In this document: positions 1 through 13,361 of the stretch, one piece after another
How positions within the stretch are numbered: the stretch's first letter is position 1
How the letters are laid out: each line of letters opens with the position of its first letter
Origin: Bugula neritina
Lineage: Eukaryota > Animalia > Bryozoa
DNA length: 64,000 nt
Direction: 5' to 3'
Assembly: GCA_964035545.1 (NCBI GenBank)
Contig: OZ037767.1
Location: 24,010,628 to 24,074,627 of the forward strand
Translations under genes and position numbers: made by a program
Notes under the pieces: model-generated
Told to the model about the DNA's origin: nothing
Seen by the model: the letters and a program-made list of their open reading frames with translations, nothing else
Database searches by the model: none

Positions 1-529
1 GGAGAGGTCAATGGACTAGACTTCAGACATCATAATGTAAAACTTGCTAATGAAATTATTACAGCAGAATGTTAACTGTGTGTATCTAGTGGCAGTGGCT
101 AATCATAACTCTGCATTTTACTTTGACAGTTTTCATGCAGCAATCTACACTGCTGATGCCCTGTACTTAAGTACTGCAGTACTGGTAACTTGTCATAGAT
201 TGCGTATATTATGGACACAGTTTTTGCGAAACAGAAAAGTTTTGCTTGTGGACAGGACAATGTTAACTCGTTCACATTGGATATAATCTACCAACTAGTA
301 TCTAATAATGAGAGTTTTCTAATTTTTATGAAAAAATACTTTTATGTGCCGCTGATTTTCAGCGTATTCAAAACCGAAAAAAGCTGTTCAAAAAACATTC
401 CGAACAACTCTTTCGCAAGTACCTTGAGAAATAAAAAAACCTCATAATAGTTGATCAGTGAAATATGCATTCAAAATGGAATACCTAAAAGCATGAACAA
501 GGAATTATGCTACCTTATACTACTAGTAC

Positions 530-3500
530 CTTTGTCTCACTAGGACTAAGCAGCTCTTGGGTCTCATCTACAGTGTTGCACCAATCAATGCCCATTAATG
601 GTTTGATGATGTAGCCAATCTGGTCATGCTTGGTCATCCGGTCATAGTCATACACTGCTAATACTAAGCTTTTCTGCTGTACTTCTGCATATGTTAACTA
701 GATAAAAAATATCTAACTTTTAGCAGCTTACCCACAGTTCATATTGTGACAATTCAATAATATAGACATTAGCTACATTTTGCTAAAGTTCTCATAGGGA
801 CTTAAACTGCTATTCAAGCACAATAAAAATATATGCTTAGAAATTTAGTAGAACTGCTTAGAATTTATTACCCTTTAATGTGTTTTCAGCTTGGAAATGT
901 TCTTAGTGATGCATATCTGTTTTGAGAACTGATTAAATTCCAATAATTTTACCTTAAATATAAATGTTTCATTAAACACTGGGTTTAAAGTTCTCCTGTG
1001 TACTCTTGTCTCTACTTTCTTTTTCTTTTCATGTTGAAAATACACTTTAACATATGGATCGGAAAAGCCGGATATGTCCATAGCTTTAAGCTCTGAGGCT
1101 GATACTATGCCTACGGTTAGCTGAAACAGAACAAATGATGTTACTTTATGCCCTTTGGGTAATAGTCATCATGTGTCAGTATGACACCTGTCATGTGTCT
1201 GTATGACACCTGCCATGTGTATGTATGACACCTGCCATGTGTATGTATGACACCTGTCATGTGTATATATGACACCTGCCATGTGTATGCATGACACCTA
1301 GCATGTGTCTGTATGACACCTGTCATGTGTGTGTGTATGACACCTACCATGTGTCTGTATAACACCTGCCATGTAAATGCATGACACTTACTCTGTGTGT
1401 GATACATATTATTTAAGATGATATGACACCTGCCTATGTCTGTGTGACACTCACAGTTAAACATGTGATTTGGTGAAGCAAGAATAAAAATTTGCCAGCA
1501 TATAGAAGAAACTGCACAACACCCTCACCTCTTCTTTAGTAAAGTCATACTCTAAAGTATACTGAAGGAGTCCAACTTTTCGGTTAAATGTCTTTTCTTT
1601 AATGTAACTCTCTTCTTTCTCACTGGTTTCAGATGGCATGTCAGCTAGACTGTTGTCTAATGCCTCAATGTCAGGCTGTACCTAAATGAGTAAATATGTC
1701 TTTTATACCTTTTAATAGTAAATAATACTAGAAGATATAGTAGAAATATTTTATATATGTATAGTCTATATTATTAGCATTGTAAACTATCAAAATAGTA
1801 GCCAAAAAAATTTATTCTACTAGTAATTGGTTTCCTATGTGTAATACAAATTTTGCCATCACTTTTTTACATTATTTAATTAAGGCAGCTATTACGGTTT
1901 TTCTAAAAAAGAATTTAACAATGTATTGTTTATAGGGTGTGCCAGTGAGCATTTATATATTTTTAATATTTTTAAGACAATGCTTTGGAAGCTGAAATTT
2001 TAAAATCCCGCAAATGTATTTTTGATTTAGCTTTGATTTTTTATTATAATAATTGAAAACAAAATTGGTTTTATTTGCTAGCAGTCTTGTTATGCTTTGA
2101 CCAGCCAAGGGAATGTAGAACCTGACACACTTGCTTCTCTCCTACACCTACATTCCAACGTTTTGTTTTATAATTATAATATACTGTGATTAGCAAGTTT
2201 TGTTGTAGAAAACTCTAATTGTCATGCCTGTAGTTTTTAACAGTATGAAATATTGGGGTAAAATGCAGTTTTACTAATTCTACTGTATATCTATTGTATC
2301 TACTGTATATTTATTATACGTATTGTATATCTATCGTAATTAATGCTATGCGTTGAAATAGCTAGCAACCTGCTGTTTGTTGAGGGACTGTCTTAGAAAG
2401 GAAGTGCTGTTGTAATCCACAATACCTGAAACAACAAAGTCAACCATGAAACACTTCAGACACTACAAGGTTCTGTTGCAGACCAAACACTCAGCTAAAA
2501 ATATTTAACCAACAATCAATAACAGTTATAGATTGAGATTAAACCTGCTTTAATTACTTCACACGAAACTCTACTAAACGTGATATACACACTTTCATCA
2601 GTGTTTCATACGTGAAACTTTATTAAACGTGGCGTAAAAACCCCAATTAAGATGCTAAAAAATAAACATTTTGCATATTTGGCAAGTGCATGTTTGTGCA
2701 TGAAATATCATGATTAATTTGAAGAACTGATAGACTGATTAAGAATCTAGAACTATGTTTACTAAGAAAACACGTGTTGCAAAGTTTCACTTATAGCATC
2801 CATCAACCATCATTTCACAAAACATAGTTATATATAGATCTGTTATACTATTACCTTGCATAAACCCACTGTTTTGCTTTATATCTCTTTTTCTCCTTTT
2901 GCATTTCTTGCAAACGTAATATAGTATTCCAGCACCAACTAATGCAACACAACCAATTACTAGTAGTATGGACCACATTGGAACTGTAAGATAAATGAAC
3001 CACAAAGGAATTACAACTGGTTGAACAAGTAAACTAAAAATAGCGCAGCTTCTAAGGCACATGTATAATTGTTTTACCTTTATCTCCAAGTCATATCATT
3101 ATCAGTAGTTGGTTTTGCCTAATCTTTTTAATTCTTCAAGAACTTCTACATTAATCAACTACTGCTTGCATACGATTCTTATAATACTGTTGATTATAAC
3201 TTATAAGCTTAGCAAATGTAAGTACAAATCATATTTACAACTGCTAAAAGGTTCTAAAAATAAAACAGGTGGAAGCAAAAGTTTTGAGAAAAATTCCCAT
3301 TTCCTATGTTATGGATGCATATGCCATAACTTAGTTTACTTGATCTCGTAATATCATTGTGATATAAGATCAACAGCAGCGGCTATCTTTTAAAGGTCAT
3401 ATAACACATAATATTGTACTCAGTAATACAGTTATAAACTCTCCATAAAATAGACATTGCATGTAAATGAATTTCAAAGCCTTTTAAGTCTGAATGTCTA

Positions 3501-4234
3501 TGTCTGATGCATGACCGCCTTTACACACTTTGAATATATTATTATACTGCCACCCACTTGCATATCAGTGCAAGCTTATAGAGAAGTGTGCTGATAGATG
3601 CATGAATATTTATGAGCGTAAATAGCATGGTTTGCCGGAGCTTCAGTTGACGTCACCCAGTCCGGAAACCAACTCTAAATAGCTTAGTTCTGAGAGCTTA
3701 AAGCTTGTTCGTTATAAATGTTATGTTGATGGAACACTGCAATCTGTACAAGGATAGTACTTGTTAACGTATACACTATTTATACAAAATAATATGTAAT
3801 GCGCTATATAATTATACACATGCACGGCATGCCATGCTAATATTATATACCTGCTTAACATTGTGCATGTTTCATCATTTAATTAAAAATTTCGTTTCCC
3901 AACTGCTGCGTTATATGAACTGCTCATCTATCTTTTCTATACATGACCATATTACAAGTCAAGTTGACTACCTAACCATTTCTGAGCATCATCGCATTAC
4001 AAAAGTTAGTTTGACATGATCAAAAGAGCTTGGTAAAGTTGTGCGTGTATAAAGTTTTAGCAACAATGAATGTCATAAAATGTTAGTAAAGCCGGCACAC
4101 TTACATGAATGAGCAGACAACACCTGCGCTGTTGGTTCAACTACTACTGCTGCCGTCACTGCTGCCAAGGGCCTTTCATTGGAGACTGGCATGCTTGTGG
4201 GTGGTCTTGAACTTTCCAGCAAAAGCTGTGACAT
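530..4234 (-). CDS. Synaptotagmin (Syt1-like), 5' part through C2A; C2B exons lie beyond the left edge
   Basis: Phase-consistent exons 4234-4105, 2983-2855 (TM helix [31 protein letters not shown]), 2425-2370, 1681-1529 (VQPDIE...[13 protein letters not shown]), 1120-953 ([26 protein letters not shown]...[22 protein letters not shown]), 697-530 ([18 protein letters not shown]). All five C2A Ca2+-ligand Asp are present. Exact paralog uncertain. Confidence 0.92.
1168..1450. repeat. Intronic minisatellite, ~20-bp unit (ATGACACCTGCCATGTGTGT)
   Basis: Directly visible degenerate tandem copies in a synaptotagmin intron; source of spurious ORF 1141..1464. Confidence 0.85.
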
Positions 4235-4293
4235 CTTCTGAGTGGAGTATTGATTACACTAAAAATATTATGTATATGTAATTATTTTATTAC

Positions 4294-4432
<139 letters not shown>

Positions 4433-7400
4433 AATATGTATATTGATTTTTGTGAGCTTGAAAATAATGACAGATGAAATATTGATGAGAAATTAACACA
4501 GTTTGAACTCCCAGTATTTCTTGACCTCTTACTGAATGAAGTAGACACATTATGCCAGGTGCTTGAAACTTTACTACAGGCAGTCTTTATGACAAAAGTA
4601 TTTAATTCCATTTGCACTTCATATTTATTCAATATGCAAGGTGTCAACAGTGATGGTGATAGTTCAGAATGATTTCCATGCAAAGTGTTAGCTGCCATGT
4701 AAAATAGACTGAGGTAGAAAGACAGCATAATGAATCAAATAAACACAGAGTACAACATTCAAGTTGAGGTTTCGCTATGTTAGTCAATCTCTTGACAGTC
4801 TCTGGGGCAAATGCAAAGATAAATGAGTTGAATGAACTCTTTGAAGAATCACTTTTATAGATCATCTGTTGTAGAGCCTCTAGACTCGTGTGTGTAAATA
4901 TAGAACATTTACTTTACTATAGCAAAACCTGGTGTCACTGTTCAATTATCTTCCTTATGCATATGCAACTTTTCTCTCACAACGTGTGGCTGCTTTACAT
5001 GGTGAACTTTAAAGCTAAATATATAATGTATCCAGAAGGCAATGGGTTTACTGACAAGTTAAGTTAGTTGAAAACTCTCATAAAGTGCAGACATTTAATA
5101 ACGGCCCATACTAGTTTCACCTACAATAAGTTCACTGCCACAGCATAAGATGAAACAAGCAAAATATGGAAAAATATTGTACTAAAATTACAAATACCTA
5201 TATTGTTAATTGTGCTTTTACTACTACATATACTATACATTGTATATTACTGCATTGTTGTTTTAAATATATGTTTTATGTTGCATTATATCATATTACA
5301 TGAATTACCTACAAGTTAAATCAACTTGATCGATGAAAGAAATTAACTGAGTGCAATGAATAGGTAAAGTTAATCATTTTTAAATAAGTATCGTTGATTC
5401 TGTATATTGCATTAACTGATGTAATTATGCAATATAATACAACATTTACTTAAAACAATTTATGAAGTATAATATTAATAATAGGCCTACAATATATAAA
5501 CAGTTTTTCTTAGCCATTCTCACAGTACTGAAATATGTAATGTTATACTGTAATGTATACTGATAGATATCACGATGTATCAATATTTGTAAATGAAAGT
5601 AGTTGAGGGTCCTTGAATATGTAATTAGCCTACACAGATTGCACTTACCATGCTTTGATCAATACCTAATTTGATATATTTGTAATTACATAGATGTAGC
5701 GGCTCTCCCCTCAACTATATATTATCATTACAACACCTTCAGTTTTGATATAACTAACAGATAAACCATCTGGGAAATGAACAACTACAGCAGTATATCA
5801 CCAAACTTCGTGTGTCTGCATGTGTTTGGTATTATGTTAGTTATTTAAAACAATTGGTTTTTCACACTTGTGGGTGTTAAAACCAATAATTCTTGCTGTT
5901 TGACAATCTTGCTACCTCATACCCATCTACCTATTTGGCCACTATCTTGTATATTATATTACATTATATTATATTTAATTATACTATACCTATTATATTA
6001 TAGTATATTATATAGTATCTATGGTATGCTGCAAAATATTAAAGTTTTTTTTAGCTTTGTAAATAGGAAGAATAATTATGTAAGCCAACGTAGGGAATGC
6101 ATGAATGCCAGGATAGTTAAACTTGGCTTACAACTTTTGTGCCACACGTAAATGCCACACTGGGTTTAGTCATCAATATGACATTTGAAAAAATACAGTG
6201 GAATAATTATTTTCACAAAGAACATCATTTATGATACAAGCTGTAACATTTTGGTTTAATTGTTTAGTGAATTAATGATAGAATCATGATTTAACATTTA
6301 TCATAGAAGGTCTTCTCACAAATGTTGTTAGGGTTTGTTTTACACACAGATTGTTAATTTTTAGATAAAGGCATTGAATAAGAATGCAAAGTTATATCAA
6401 CGGCAATTATTAGGGAAAATAGACAAGGCCTGATAAACAGAAAGATTAAAAAGATTAAAAAAGAAAGAAAGAGAGTACTGTTTTTACAAGTGTTAATAGA
6501 ATAATTTGTTTGGACTTAAAAATCAAAACTAAATTTTGCTTGTTTGAGGCTGTTAAATACAATTACATAACTTGGTCCATGTACATTGATTAAATATCAC
6601 ACTATTACTACTAAAGTTGAACTAAAATCAATATTTATATGCCAATGAGCAGCTAATTTGCATGGGTGTATTTATGATGCAATAGACACACACTTAAATT
6701 TCATTGATAAACTTTGGTAAGACATTGAATATGATAGGTGCTACTTATACAGCTTTAAAGACTATTTGCTGCTGAGCTTTGATCTGTCTCATATTACTTA
6801 AGGTTAGGTGCAATTTCTATATGAAAATAAAACTTTGTATGTAAAAAGAAGCATTCTATAAGGACAGCTAGAGCCAAATTATAGAGTTTAGCCATTTGAA
6901 AGTTGAAAGGAATTGTTGACAGGGTACAGATTGAGGCAACAGAATGTGATATTTAAATGCAACATTGAAAAATAAAACAATTATTACAATTAAAGTAACG
7001 TAATTTTTAGCCAGCTTATTGTGCCAGTTTTGACATATAATTTGGTTATTGTGAGCTATAAAAGAAATAAATTTGCAGCAAATGCCAAACTAATAATTAG
7101 ATATAGGTCTGTAATACATAAAACAAAAGCCTCCTATATGAAAAAGGTAATATTATGTACAAGCCTGTAGTAACGCAGTTATGACTTGCAGCTACAAACA
7201 AATTGTGGCGTATGCTACAAAAGTACACTACTACTCCATAGACACGTGGTTACAGTAGATATTAATGTAATATAATTTGAAATAAATATAATATTCCATG
7301 CTAAAGACCACTCTAAGCTTTACTCATAGTGGTAAATTACTAAGGGTAGATGTACAACACTAGAGTAAAGATAGTTTTAGCTGTGTTCACCATTCTAATA

Positions 7401-7830
7401 ACTAAAGTTACTGGGTCGTGCCAGCACATGTATCATATAGTCTTACTAAATATAGGTAGAGTAAGAACTAGCAAGATGTGCAGAGAAGAAATTCTTACCA
7501 ATTTCCCTGCTGCTCAGTCTAATGTTTGGTTAGATATGATTTACTATGATATTCCATGGAGTGAATTCAATAGTCACGGCTAGAAAAATCAATACCAGGT
7601 GCTGCATACTATTATATTATGCAACTAGTTCCCTGTTATGAATAGCCACAATGTTATAATAAAGTAGTGCAAATGTTGTAACAGACTATTAGACTATTAA
7701 TGTTAAGAGAAAAACTTTATCTTCTGAAATCACAACATATCATATATTCTCTCATCTGTTGAAATAGCTGAAGTTTGATTTGAAATTTTTCATCAGAAAT
7801 TGACTTTAATATTAACATTCCTTTAGATCT

Positions 7831-7955
7831 GGAGCAGTGGTGGTCGAGTGGGTAGAAGATGGCCTAGTATACAATACGTGTACCAGGTAATGGGCTTAAT
7901 TCCCACCAGGACAATTGGTGGTGTCAGGAGGGGCATTCTATCATAATTGCTGCTT
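7831..7955 (+). mobile_element. tRNA-derived SINE, 5' fragment
   Basis: A-box-like TGGTCGAGTGG and degenerate B box GGCTTAATTCCC, followed by the core ATTGGTGGTGTCAGGAGGGGCAT...CATAATTGCT shared with the copy at 34122-34305. Confidence 0.6.
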
Positions 7956-9768
7956 TGAAAACTTTCAAACCATTTGCTGACGTAATGAGAGACACAAACA
8001 AGGACCTATTTGTGTACAGTATGCTTATAAAGTGCATATTACATAGTGATTAGACGCTGAGTATATGCAACAGTGGTCCATACACACATGCTGGCACATG
8101 TCCCAGTGTGCCGTGTGTATGAAACGCATGTGTAAGTATTAAGTTGTAAGTTATAATAAAGTTACGTCACTTCACCTCTATGATGTGATTATAAAAAGCT
8201 GCATAGTTCAACACTTCCCTGCAGCCATATTGCTATGATTTAGTTAGCCCACTCTTATACGTAGAGAACTTGGAAAAGAGCAGCAAATTGGCTTACAGAT
8301 TTGCAAACAAGCACACTCTGCACATTACAATTTTCTATGAAGACAATGACTTGTAACATGCATTAGCTCCAAAGAGATAAGCGCATAATATCGTTATTGT
8401 AGTTTGTACACAGATTAGAAGCTTAAATTCACTGCCTAAGAGTTTATGTCATATATTATATCAATTTTTTCAAAGTATATGAGCTCTGTATACTTCGAAT
8501 TTAACTTTTTTATCTTGGTTGTTAAAAAAAACATGCAGGAGGCATAATTTTGAGGTTCTCTCCCTCTCCGAATTTTAAAGCTATTTACATGCTTATAATA
8601 TTACAGAGAAATATTATGTAATTGGGAGTTGTCTTTTTTTTAAAAAATAATTTCAATGTGCTTAACTGTAGCATAATATAGATAGAAAGTACTATGTTGA
8701 TGGTATTTGTTAAATTTAATTTTAAATAATTATAAACATATAAACTGTATTTTTACATTTACATTTACTTTTACAATTCTCTAGTAGTTTAGCTGCAACT
8801 ATCACAGGTGTTAAAGGAACATAATCTAAAAGACATTCCACCATTTTGACCTATAAACGGTTAGTTATACTGGCTACGGATATGTATACTCGTACATCTG
8901 TGAGAGCTGCCAACAGCTAATTGCAACATTTAAAAATGACGCTTACATGCATAACTTACTGTTCCGTATTCATTTATAAATTGATTGTGCTATGCTCAAT
9001 CTCGGATAATCTAATCCAAGCTAATATATTTACCACAGTTTAAGGCGTTCAAAGAGGTTTAGAAAATTTCAGTGCCAATGTTTTGTCTCCGCATGAGTTT
9101 ATACCATCAGATGATTTTACATTTTATATAAAAGGCAATCAGTAAAACTTTTGAGGTAGTAGATAAGCAAACTAAATAAAAGACTCCTAGCTGAGTGTGT
9201 AAAGTCATTCTCAGTTAGCTGTAGATTGCAGTCTTGAGTTTAGTAACTTGAAATACAGGTAAAATATCAAAAGCTGATTCTATTTTTAGAATCAATGTAC
9301 TTGCCATATTATATCTAATAACGCCACAATACTACAATTCAAATGTGGTGGCATTAAATGTAGTAACTTAGAAACTAAGTATTGATTCATGCAGAGATTT
9401 TTTGCTGTTATCAGCAAGTAGCTCTCAATTTTTTGAATATAATAATGTTTTTAAATTGATGATTAATTTACTATAAAGCAAAATCTAACTAAAAATTAAT
9501 TCTTTCTTTTTAGTAATTTTATGTATAAATCAAAGTTTTATTGAAAAATCACTGTGGAATATAAATTTTATGTTGCTCAATGATTAGACAATCATATCAA
9601 AAATACAGTCAAGTCAAAAATACATTTATACTAATTCTACAAAAAGCAACTTTTACTCTTTCATGCAACATTATTTTTCACGTCCATTTGATTTGTTAAA
9701 CTACCATATTATACGCTTTAGGAAAAATTAATTTGTTCACAATGAAAGTGTACCTATAAATGCTGTGG

Positions 9769-9932
<164 letters not shown>

Positions 9933-10382
9933 GCCATCTGAAATATGCACTCAGCTTGTGATGGCACTCATAACTATGTGTGAGACTACAGGAAACTTGT
10001 ATGAGTAATTAAATTCCCATTATTGTTTGAAGCCTTTATCCCATTGAAGATCCCAAATGGATAACTTCCTTAGGAGACTAACTACCATATAAGCAACATG
10101 GTTTGAGGACTTTCGGAGTTTTGCTCTTCCTAACTGTTTCAACAGCAATTAGAGCCTTGCAGGGTTGGAGAAATACGAAGAAGACAACTTCAGCACCTTG
10201 CCTTTACAATAATAATATATTATTATGATATTGTTGTGTAATATTAGGTTAGAATATCATGCTGCTGTAAGAAGTTTATATGAACAATTAACAAGTCACA
10301 TATATGCTACAATATTGGAAAAAATATAATATACTAGTATAGGCCAGAATACCACAACGAAAATGTAGTGTTGTGTTTACCC

Positions 10383-10462
10383 AGGTGTATATAGGGTGTA
10401 TATGGTTAGTGCCCCTACATGCAAGCCGGAGGTCTGTGGTTAGAATTTCCGTGGGAGTAAAA
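10383..10462 (+). mobile_element. Possible degenerate tRNA-like SINE head
   Basis: A-box-like TAGGGTGTATATGGTTAG and B-box-like GGTTAGAATTTCC at tRNA-like spacing; no intact cloverleaf. Confidence 0.3.
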
Positions 10463-11344
10463 GTTTTATAAAAAACTAAATGAATATGTTATCAAATTTC
10501 TATTTCTTATTATTCATTTTTATTATTTGTTGCATACCGGTAGCACACTGTTCATGAGTATAAGTCTTCAGTAATTAAGGTGTATTACACATTGAACAAA
10601 CATGTATCATCATGTTACGGAAAATGTGCACATAAAAAGGAACTTTTGTTATCGTAGTAAGTATAGTTACTATAATAAAAAGTGACAAAAGTCAACTTAA
10701 TAAAAAAACCGATAATAAAAAAATGTATTTTCATAAAAACATAGTTATAAGCTACCAAAACCTTTAGAATGTAATATGGCTATAAGTATTGAAATAAACA
10801 TATACAGAACTGCAGACTTACTTATTTGAATATAAATTGATACACTTGTACTATATAACAGCGGACTCTACAGCTCACAGTAGGCTATACATTTTTTTCT
10901 GTTTAGCAAGCTATTCAATAAACTTGCTATGACTGTTGTCAACCAGCTATTATACTTATTTTGTGATTTACACTAGTCGTTATAACCTAAAACAGAGAGA
11001 TAATATAAATAAAAAATGTACAAGCTCTGTTGTGCTATATTTAACTATTTACTTCTTTTAGCTAATGCCACTGTAATCATGTATTTGGATTTGCGAGTTC
11101 ATCGCCAGTGAAACCATGATGTCATGAAATTCCCTTCAACATCAAGCAGTTCCGCTTTTGATAAAAATTGTATTATTATTATAACATAAGAGTTTACTTA
11201 CTGTTTGGCGACGACTCGCAATCGGCAGACGAAGATTTCCTTTACAGCAGTTGCAGGAATGCATTTTGTTTTGATGTTGCTTCACACTTCGTTCCACTTC
11301 CACCCTAGCTAAAATCCTTTTGAGGAGCCGACTTGCAAGTTATA

Positions 11345-12200
11345 TTTATAATCGTAATGATGATTGATATTTGATAATCATAATGGTGTTACTGTTATAC
11401 TTAATCTTATAGTTATTGAGTTTGACTTATTCATATTGAATTTGATAATCATAATCATAATGATATATTAATACTATTACTAATAGTAATAGTGATATTT
11501 TAATATAATTTGAATTAATCAATAATTGTATCAATATTAATATGTTATTGTTCATACCATTATAAATATGATTATCATATCAATATAAATATGAATAGTA
11601 ATACTGAATAGTGAATAGTAATACTAACACTAATAGTAATACTAATAGTAATACTAATACTAATAGTAATACTAATAGTAATACTAATAGTAATACTAAT
11701 AGTAATAGTAATAGTGATATTTTAATATAATTTGAATTAATCAATTGTATCAATATTAATATGTTATTGTTCATACCATTATAAATATGATTATCATATC
11801 AATATAAATATGAATAGTAATACTGAATAGTGAATAGTAATACTAACACTAATAGTAATACTAATACTAATAGTAATAGTAATACTAATAGTAATAGTAT
11901 TTCACTATTAGTATTAGTATTAGTAATACTAATAGTAATATTAGTAATAGTAATACTAATTAATAGTAATAGTAATACCAATATAAATATAAGCCTGATG
12001 TTTGATCTGGATGATGATTGTCATTGTAAAACGAAGAAGTATAACTATAAGTATAACCGTAGTAGTAAATATTATAATAATATTAAGAATAAGATGTTAT
12101 AATTTTGATATTAAGAAATCTTTAACAAATTGAAATTCAATACTATTAGTTATAGTATTACTATTAGTATTACTAATAAAATTTCAATACACTTATATTT
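11345..12200. repeat. AT-rich (TAA/TAG/TAC)n low-complexity tract containing a ~220-bp tandem duplication
   Basis: The block AGTGATATTTTAATATAATTTGAATTAATC...AATAGTAATACTAACACTAATAG occurs at ~11491 and again at ~11713. Confidence 0.85.
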
Positions 12201-12837
12201 ATAGTATTCAACATTGAGTGATTCACTAAGACAAAGCTTTGAAAATCAAAATCATAATGTTACACTAATAGTGATAACTTAATTTTACAATTGCTTTGAA
12301 TATAATTAGAATATTATAATAACCAGCTGGAAAATTTCTTTACTCACCTTTTTCTAATATTTTTCTCAAACTTGGCATTTATATTAAAATTTTGCTTCAA
12401 TCTGGTTTTGTTCTATAACATTGTAATTATAACTCAATAGATTTAATAACCTACCTATTCTAGTTGTACTTAATAGCTACTGATTTAGTTACTCATCCTG
12501 GTTTTGTACTATGAATAGTGCAGATAGATAGTTGTACATTAGCTATTACATTCCACAATCCAGACTTAGAATATAGACTGTTTTGTTGGTCAGGTAGAGA
12601 CTATGAATATGCTGTAGTCATTAGGCAGTTACCAGTTCAATTAAAGGTAACTAAAAGTTTCCAACTTCTTTGAGACAACTGTGGACTTGTGCTCCAAAAC
12701 TACTCGGTTAAGGGACACACTGGTCTGCAATAGTTAATATTTAGTAACGCAGCTGACTTAGTTGCTGTAGTGGTAGTTTACTAGCAGCTAAGTATTGCAA
12801 AAATTACAGTTCAAATAGTGGCAGCAAAAACATCCGT

Positions 12838-12863
12838 AGTAATAGTATTAGTATTCCGAGCAA

Positions 12864-12895
<32 letters not shown>

Positions 12896-12905
12896 TTCCT
12901 AGCAA

Positions 12906-12944
<39 letters not shown>

Positions 12945-13225
12945 CGGTGGCGGCGGTGGCGGTAGCGGCGGTGGCGGTAGCGGCGGTGGCGGTAGTGGTG
13001 GCGGAAGTGGTGGCGGCGGTGGTGGCGGCGGTGGTGGTGGCGGTAGTGGTGGCGGAAGTGGAAGTGGTAGTGGCGGTAGTGGTAGTAGCAGAAGTGGTAG
13101 TAGTAGTAGTAGCAGAAGTGGTAGTAGTAGTAGTAGCAGAAGTGGTAGTAGTAGTAGCAGAAGTGGTAGTAGTAGTAGTAGCAGTAATAGTAGTGGTGGT
13201 GGCGGTGGCGGGGTAGTAGTATTAG
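12838..13225. repeat. Compound trinucleotide repeat (GTA)n/(GGC/GGT)n
   Basis: Directly visible; generates spurious poly-V/P/L/Y ORFs. Confidence 0.9.
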
Positions 13226-13361
13226 CAGAAGTTGTAGCATTAATGATTGCAATGATCAAACCTAATAGAAGTTGTGGTAAAATCGTTGGCACCACAGCTG
13301 CAATGTAAAAGAACCATCTACCCATAAACTGGTTGCTTCTTTTAACCCTTAGAGTGTGAAT

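Noticed and set aside
4480-4860. Protein-like reading (DEKLTQFELPVFLDLLLNEV...) on the plus strand upstream of the synaptotagmin start codon
   Set aside because: Interrupted by stops with no recognisable family; possibly a decayed relic, but not supportable.
12804-13325. Long poly-P/L/V/Y ORFs on both strands
   Set aside because: Artefacts of the trinucleotide repeat tract; no splice-compatible link to neighbouring exons.
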